DNA of 64,000 nt. It comes from a candidate division WOR-3 bacterium (GTDB taxonomy: Bacteria > Hydrothermota > Hydrothermia > LBFQ01). Position numbers and translations under genes: made by a program. The notes under the pieces were generated by a model. It did not search any database. It saw only the letters and a program-made list of their open reading frames with translations, and was not told the origin of the DNA. How positions within the stretch are numbered: the stretch's first letter is position 1; each line of letters starts with the position of its first letter. The stretch spans positions 224,001 to 288,000 of the forward strand of contig JBDRWW010000002.1 of NCBI GenBank assembly GCA_039802605.1, written 5' to 3'. This document shows positions 59,751 to 64,000 of this stretch, piece by piece.

Positions 59751-60850
59751 GGCTTTTAATTTACGGGTATGCGCCGAAGGAGTTCGGTGGGGAAATCAGC
59801 GGAGGGGTTGCAACATATATAGGTTATCTTCTGAAAAATTTAAAGGGTTTTAAAATAGGGCTTTTGGCGGAAAATGTAAGGTTTTTTAAAAGGGAATACG
59901 GCAACGTTTTTGTTTATGGTCCTCCGAGTAAGCGTTGGTTTTTTAGGGAAATCCTTTATACAAAAACATTTAAACCCAATTCAAAATGGCTTTGGAATTC
60001 AAGGCTAAAAATAATAATAGACGACTTAAAACCCGAAATATTCTACTCGCATATACCCCACTCGCCCGCAAACAGGATGGAGGTCTTAAAAGGGTTAAGG
60101 TTCATAGTTGAATTTCCATCAATACACGCTTACATGTTTGAAAGAAACGCCGATTTAAAAAAACGATTTTACGATAATATGCTTTACTCCTATAAAAATG
60201 CCCTTTGGGTTGTATTTTTATCTTCAAAAGTTGAGAAGCAGGTTAAGGAATTGTTTGGTGATAGGGATAAAACCTTTGTTATTCCGCCGGTTGTAAAGGT
60301 TCCAAATTGGAATTATACAAAGGAGGAAAGCCGCAAGGTTTTGAGTTTGGAAGGTGATTTAATTGTGGGGTTTGCGGGTATGCTTACGGGTAGAAAGGGG
60401 GAAGATTTGTTAATAAAAGCATCGGTTAATAAGCCTTGGAAGTTGGTAATTGCGGGTGGTGGCTCCGGCTTTAACGATGCGGTTAAATTGGCAAGGGATT
60501 TAAATATTAATGCGGTTTTTCTCGGTGATATTTCCGGTGATAAACTATGGCACTTTTACAATTCTTTGGATGTTTTCTGTTTGCCTTCCAGGAGCGAAAC
60601 CTTTGGAATAGCGGTTGTTGAGGCCATGCTCTTTGGTAAAAATGTGGTGGTTTCTAAGGAAATACCCGAAGAGGTTGCGCCGGAAGGTTTGACAATAAGG
60701 GTGGATTTGGATGTTGAAAGCGTTGCGTATGGAATAGAAAAGGCTTTGAATTCAAACATTAAAGGGGATGATATTAGGAACTATGCTTTAAGGTTTTCGG
60801 ATGAAGAGGCTTTTATATCAAAGCATTTGGAGGTTTTTAGGAATTCTTAG
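59747..60850 (+). CDS. GT4 glycosyltransferase
   Basis: GGVATY, FAG.L..RKG, DVFCLPSRSETFGIAVVEAM. Confidence 0.9.
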   Translation: MRLLIYGYAPKEFGGEISGGVATYIGYLLKNLKGFKIGLLAENVRFFKREYGNVFVYGPPSKRWFFREILYTKTFKPNSKWLWNSRLKIIIDDLKPEIFYSHIPHSPANRMEVLKGLRFIVEFPSIHAYMFERNADLKKRFYDNMLYSYKNALWVVFLSSKVEKQVKELFGDRDKTFVIPPVVKVPNWNYTKEESRKVLSLEGDLIVGFAGMLTGRKGEDLLIKASVNKPWKLVIAGGGSGFNDAVKLARDLNINAVFLGDISGDKLWHFYNSLDVFCLPSRSETFGIAVVEAMLFGKNVVVSKEIPEEVAPEGLTIRVDLDVESVAYGIEKALNSNIKGDDIRNYALRFSDEEAFISKHLEVFRNS

Positions 60851-62240
60851 TTTGCACTTTTACGCAGATTTTGTATATGTCTCGGAAACTCTTGGCTTCT
60901 TCTTCCTTGCACCCCTTGTCATTTTTTGTTAAAGGATAGATTATATAAACTTTTGGTTCCTTGTCCCTGTTCTTAATTTCTACATTCTCATGGAATTTCT
61001 CCTTTATCCACTTTTCTATTTCTTCCCCCTTTATCCTACCGTAAAGGGACAACTGGGCTAAATCCTCCTTGAAATCCTCCTTGTCCCATCCGGTATTATA
61101 ACCATCTTTATACTTTGCATCGGCGATGATGTATTCACTGCGGTCTTTTTTCACCAATACGAAATCGGGTCTTAACTTCCCAACTTCTGTTTTTATATTC
61201 CTGTCTTTATACCCCGGATAAACATCGTAATCTTTGAAAATGAAAATCTCCCCGTTCCTTATTTTAACTTCAACATACCTTTCAAATAGTTCGTTCATAT
61301 TTATCCAATGAGGCATTACCGTGTTTATTTTTTTCTCTTGGGTTTCAACTTCTGGATCATAACCCAAATGCCTTAATATGATTTCCGCAACCTTTAAGGC
61401 TTCCTTGTAATCTCTCCTTATCCTCTGAACATTGGTAATCCTAAAATCTTGGGGATATATGCGGGTTGTTGAAACCATTTCAAAAGAAAGGCTGATATAC
61501 CTTATCTTCTCTCCCAATTCAATATTATGCCTTTTCAAAAACCCTATACCCTTTAAGAATGCGGCCTTTAATATCCTGTTTTCCAATATATCCTCCGTCC
61601 ATTCGTTGTATTCACAATATGCGTAATGCTTTTTCCCCCTCGGCCAATTTTCAACAGCAGTAGCCCCCACCAAAACCCTACCCCTTATCCTACCCCTCAA
61701 ATTCTCCATATGTTTCTTATAACCCCTTTGCAATCCCCTGTGCAGGAGTTTATAAAGGGTATCCATATAATACAAAATGACGAAAATCATAAAATCGCTA
61801 AAATCCTCCTCCAACCTTATAATTTCCCCCGTAATTATATCCCAATCTTCTCCTCTCTTAAAGTGTGCCCCTGCATAAGGGTTTTTCATTACCTCTAAGA
61901 ACATCCTTGAAAAACTCAGGTTTATCTTTGGCTCTATGAGGAATATAACTTCCTCGTCATTACCGTTAATTTTTCCGTTTAACTTCAAAAGGCCTACAAA
62001 CCAGTGGGCTTTTAGTTTGTTATTTTCATCCAAATGAAGGCCGAGGTATTTGCTTTTTTGGGTTTGTTGTTTTTCATCATCTTCATCGGGTGGTGGTTTT
62101 TGAATGGCTTCAATGAATTCTTTATCGGTTATTTCAATCTCTTGGTTATTAAATTTTAGAATAACCTTATCTTCTTCCTTTTTTAACTCCAATAATTCAA
62201 CCCCTAAGTCTCCATACTCCCTACCCTTAACCCTCTCCAT
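60837..62240 (-). CDS. McrC-family PD-(D/E)XK restriction nuclease subunit
   Basis: IEPKI, GL.RGY...ENL.GRIRGR, C.YNE...D..ENRILKAA, MNELFE.YV, LRPD...DAKYK, D..Q...Y. Confidence 0.8.
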   Translation of the reverse strand: MERVKGREYGDLGVELLELKKEEDKVILKFNNQEIEITDKEFIEAIQKPPPDEDDEKQQTQKSKYLGLHLDENNKLKAHWFVGLLKLNGKINGNDEEVIFLIEPKINLSFSRMFLEVMKNPYAGAHFKRGEDWDIITGEIIRLEEDFSDFMIFVILYYMDTLYKLLHRGLQRGYKKHMENLRGRIRGRVLVGATAVENWPRGKKHYAYCEYNEWTEDILENRILKAAFLKGIGFLKRHNIELGEKIRYISLSFEMVSTTRIYPQDFRITNVQRIRRDYKEALKVAEIILRHLGYDPEVETQEKKINTVMPHWINMNELFERYVEVKIRNGEIFIFKDYDVYPGYKDRNIKTEVGKLRPDFVLVKKDRSEYIIADAKYKDGYNTGWDKEDFKEDLAQLSLYGRIKGEEIEKWIKEKFHENVEIKNRDKEPKVYIIYPLTKNDKGCKEEEAKSFRDIYKICVKVQTKNS

Positions 62241-62250
62241 AACTGGTATT

Positions 62251-63054
62251 TTACCCCGGATTCAAAAGGTTCTCCAAAACTTTAATTATGGTGGAATACT
62301 CATCACCCATAACGCTTATGGCCGTGTAAAACCTTTTTGTTGTCCGTAAAAACTCGTTTATTATCTGGACATCGAGGTTAAATCCCACCTTAGCATCTTC
62401 CGGGCTTTCAAATGTGGAAGAAAACACTTTAATTCCTTCAATTTCAACATAATGCCCATAGTCGTTATATCCCGGAGGAAAAGAGAAGTTATAACCGTTT
62501 TTTATCTTAGCCAACATAAATGTGTGAGACCCGTTAAACTTTGGAACCAATACTATATCGCCGGGATTCGCCAAAATCATAACCTTTAAAATGTTAAACC
62601 TCTTTTCAATTTCTTCGTTTGAAACATTGGGATTTAACTTTTTCCAAGCATCGGCAAAGTTTATAATTCCCTTCCTCAAATCGCACCACCCCCAGCCCTG
62701 CCTTAACCTTCCTTTTAGGGCTTCATTTTTCAAAAATTCAAAATCGCTCTCGTAATTTAACCTCCAAGTAAATACCCAGCGAAAAGATTTGCTTTTATCC
62801 TTTATCCTGTAAAGTGTTGCCCTTGAAATCCCATATTGGGATAATATTTCGTTTTCACTTTTTCCGAGTTTCAGATCCGCCAATATCTTGGCTATTTCAA
62901 GGGAGGATAATCTCTTAGCCTGCCCTTCATGGTTTATTGATGGGATGTTAAGGGAAAATGTGTTGTGGCACAATTTACACTTAAACCTTAAAGGGTTCTC
63001 CGAATGTTTCTTTACCATATAACTTTTGCATTCCGGACATTTTATTACGAACAT
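62251..63054 (-). CDS. Zn-ribbon + HTH + PUA/EVE-like (restriction-associated DNA-reader) protein
   Basis: CPEC...CKLC; YGISRATLYRI; GRLRQGWG.....GDIVLVPK...FMLAKI...Y.F...DYGH. Confidence 0.6.
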   Translation of the reverse strand: MFVIKCPECKSYMVKKHSENPLRFKCKLCHNTFSLNIPSINHEGQAKRLSSLEIAKILADLKLGKSENEILSQYGISRATLYRIKDKSKSFRWVFTWRLNYESDFEFLKNEALKGRLRQGWGWCDLRKGIINFADAWKKLNPNVSNEEIEKRFNILKVMILANPGDIVLVPKFNGSHTFMLAKIKNGYNFSFPPGYNDYGHYVEIEGIKVFSSTFESPEDAKVGFNLDVQIINEFLRTTKRFYTAISVMGDEYSTIIKVLENLLNPG

Positions 63055-63144
63055 AAGATGACGATTTTAACACTGAGGTTTGTCTCACTGTGTGGCTGAA
63101 AATGGTTTTTAAGTTTTACCAAATCAACCTTATAATATCGGTTA

Positions 63145-64000
63145 ATGCCAAATATCGGAGAAATTTACAAGGAATTGGAGGAAGCATTGGGAACAAAAGG
63201 TGCAAGCGCTGTTTTAAAATACCTTGAAGCGTTTAGGGAGGAAGTGTTTAAGGCTTACCAAAACGAGATAAGGGCAACACTTAACTACATAACCGAGAAG
63301 TTGGAACTTTATAACAGGGAAGCAAATACGAGGATAGAAACCTTAAACCAGAAAATAGACACTAAGATAGACGCCGTAAATCAAAAAATAGACGCTATTT
63401 ACAAAGAGTTAAACGGAAAAATAGAGGCGTATTATTTGGAGTTAAGCGCCAAAATTGGGGCTTTGGATGAGAAAATTGAAGCCTTCAAAAGGGAAACAAA
63501 TACAAGATTTGAAGCCTTGGATGAAAAGTTAGAGGCTTTCAAGAGGGAAACTAATACAAGGTTTGAGGCTTTGGATGAGAAAATAGAGGCTTACTATAAA
63601 GAGTTGGGTACCAGAATAAACGCCTTGGATGAAAAACTTGTAGCATACCATCGGGAAACAAATGCAAGGTTTGAGGCCATTAATCAAAGGATAGACGCGT
63701 TGAATGAAAAAGTTGAGGCTTATTATAAAGAGTTAAATGATAAAATTGGGGCTTTGAATGAAAAATTAGAGGCTTTCAAGAGGGAAACAAATGCAAAGTT
63801 TGAGGCCTTAGATGAGAAAATAGAGGCCTATTATAAGGAGTTAAACGGGAAAATCGGGGCTTTGAATGAAAAATTGGAAGCCTATCACAGGGAAACGGAT
63901 ACCAAAATAGAGGCTCTTAGAAAGGAACTAAGTGCAAAAATTGATAGGATAAACCTTATACTTTACTTTGTGATAATTTTAATCGTATTGGCGATGACGA
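63145..64000 (+). CDS. Repetitive coiled-coil membrane-anchored protein (DUF1640/CCDC90/Bdr-like), 3' partial
   Basis: Not in the ORF track (runs off the window): MPNIGEIYKELEEALG...(ALDEKIEAFKRETNTRFE)n...LILYFVIILIVLAMT; TATAAT 8 nt upstream. Confidence 0.8.
   Translation, partial: MPNIGEIYKELEEALGTKGASAVLKYLEAFREEVFKAYQNEIRATLNYITEKLELYNREANTRIETLNQKIDTKIDAVNQKIDAIYKELNGKIEAYYLELSAKIGALDEKIEAFKRETNTRFEALDEKLEAFKRETNTRFEALDEKIEAYYKELGTRINALDEKLVAYHRETNARFEAINQRIDALNEKVEAYYKELNDKIGALNEKLEAFKRETNAKFEALDEKIEAYYKELNGKIGALNEKLEAYHRETDTKIEALRKELSAKIDRINLILYFVIILIVLAMT
63460..63920 (+). repeat. Imperfect 54-bp (18-aa) tandem coding repeats
   Basis: Units ALDEK(I/L)EA(F/Y)(KRETNTRFE or YKELNGKIG); ends approximate. 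Confidence 0.8.

Noticed and set aside
385..62349. Numerous 60-160-aa ORFs antisense to or nested in identified genes
   Set aside because: Shadow frames of well-supported genes with no motifs or expression signals.
62251..63054. IS1/IS1595-type transposase
   Set aside because: Zn ribbon and HTH resemble InsA-like N-termini, but no DDE domain or terminal inverted repeats are seen.

Overview
A very compact, AT-rich bacterial chromosome segment with about 65 genes and 2 tRNAs. Five proteins with T9SS/Por-type C-terminal sorting-like domains, Bacteroidetes-type nosDFY and K/E-rich proteins suggest a thermophilic FCB-related lineage such as WOR-3/Hydrothermae (inference only). It holds the tail of a nitrous-oxide reductase accessory cluster (nosL-D-F-Y), a caa3-type A2 cytochrome c oxidase operon and scattered housekeeping genes (rnpA, murD, pfkA, surA, murI, dtd, infC, mtnA, pgi/pmi, mcm, prs, ltaE). 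It also has envelope glycosyltransferases and a McrC-like nuclease with no McrB in the window. I found no CRISPR array, rRNA, integrase or intact transposase. The most unusual signals are: (1) soluble exported proteins carry only a ~6-8 residue uncharged hydrophobic N-terminus instead of a normal Sec signal peptide, while lipoproteins keep normal signals; (2) about two dozen genes have a (CCT)TAnAAT -10 box 6-11 nt before the start codon with no SD, including a perfect 16-bp palindromic bidirectional promoter; (3) both CCA-less tRNAs are followed by exactly T-TTG, the start of the next gene; (4) a coiled-coil PD-(D/E)XK nuclease gene sits between 21-bp direct repeats that supply both its promoter and its stop codon; (5) a secreted single-chain triple phage-tail-fibre-tip protein; (6) an unannotated 41-aa YxxP peptide with its own promoter, SD and terminator.
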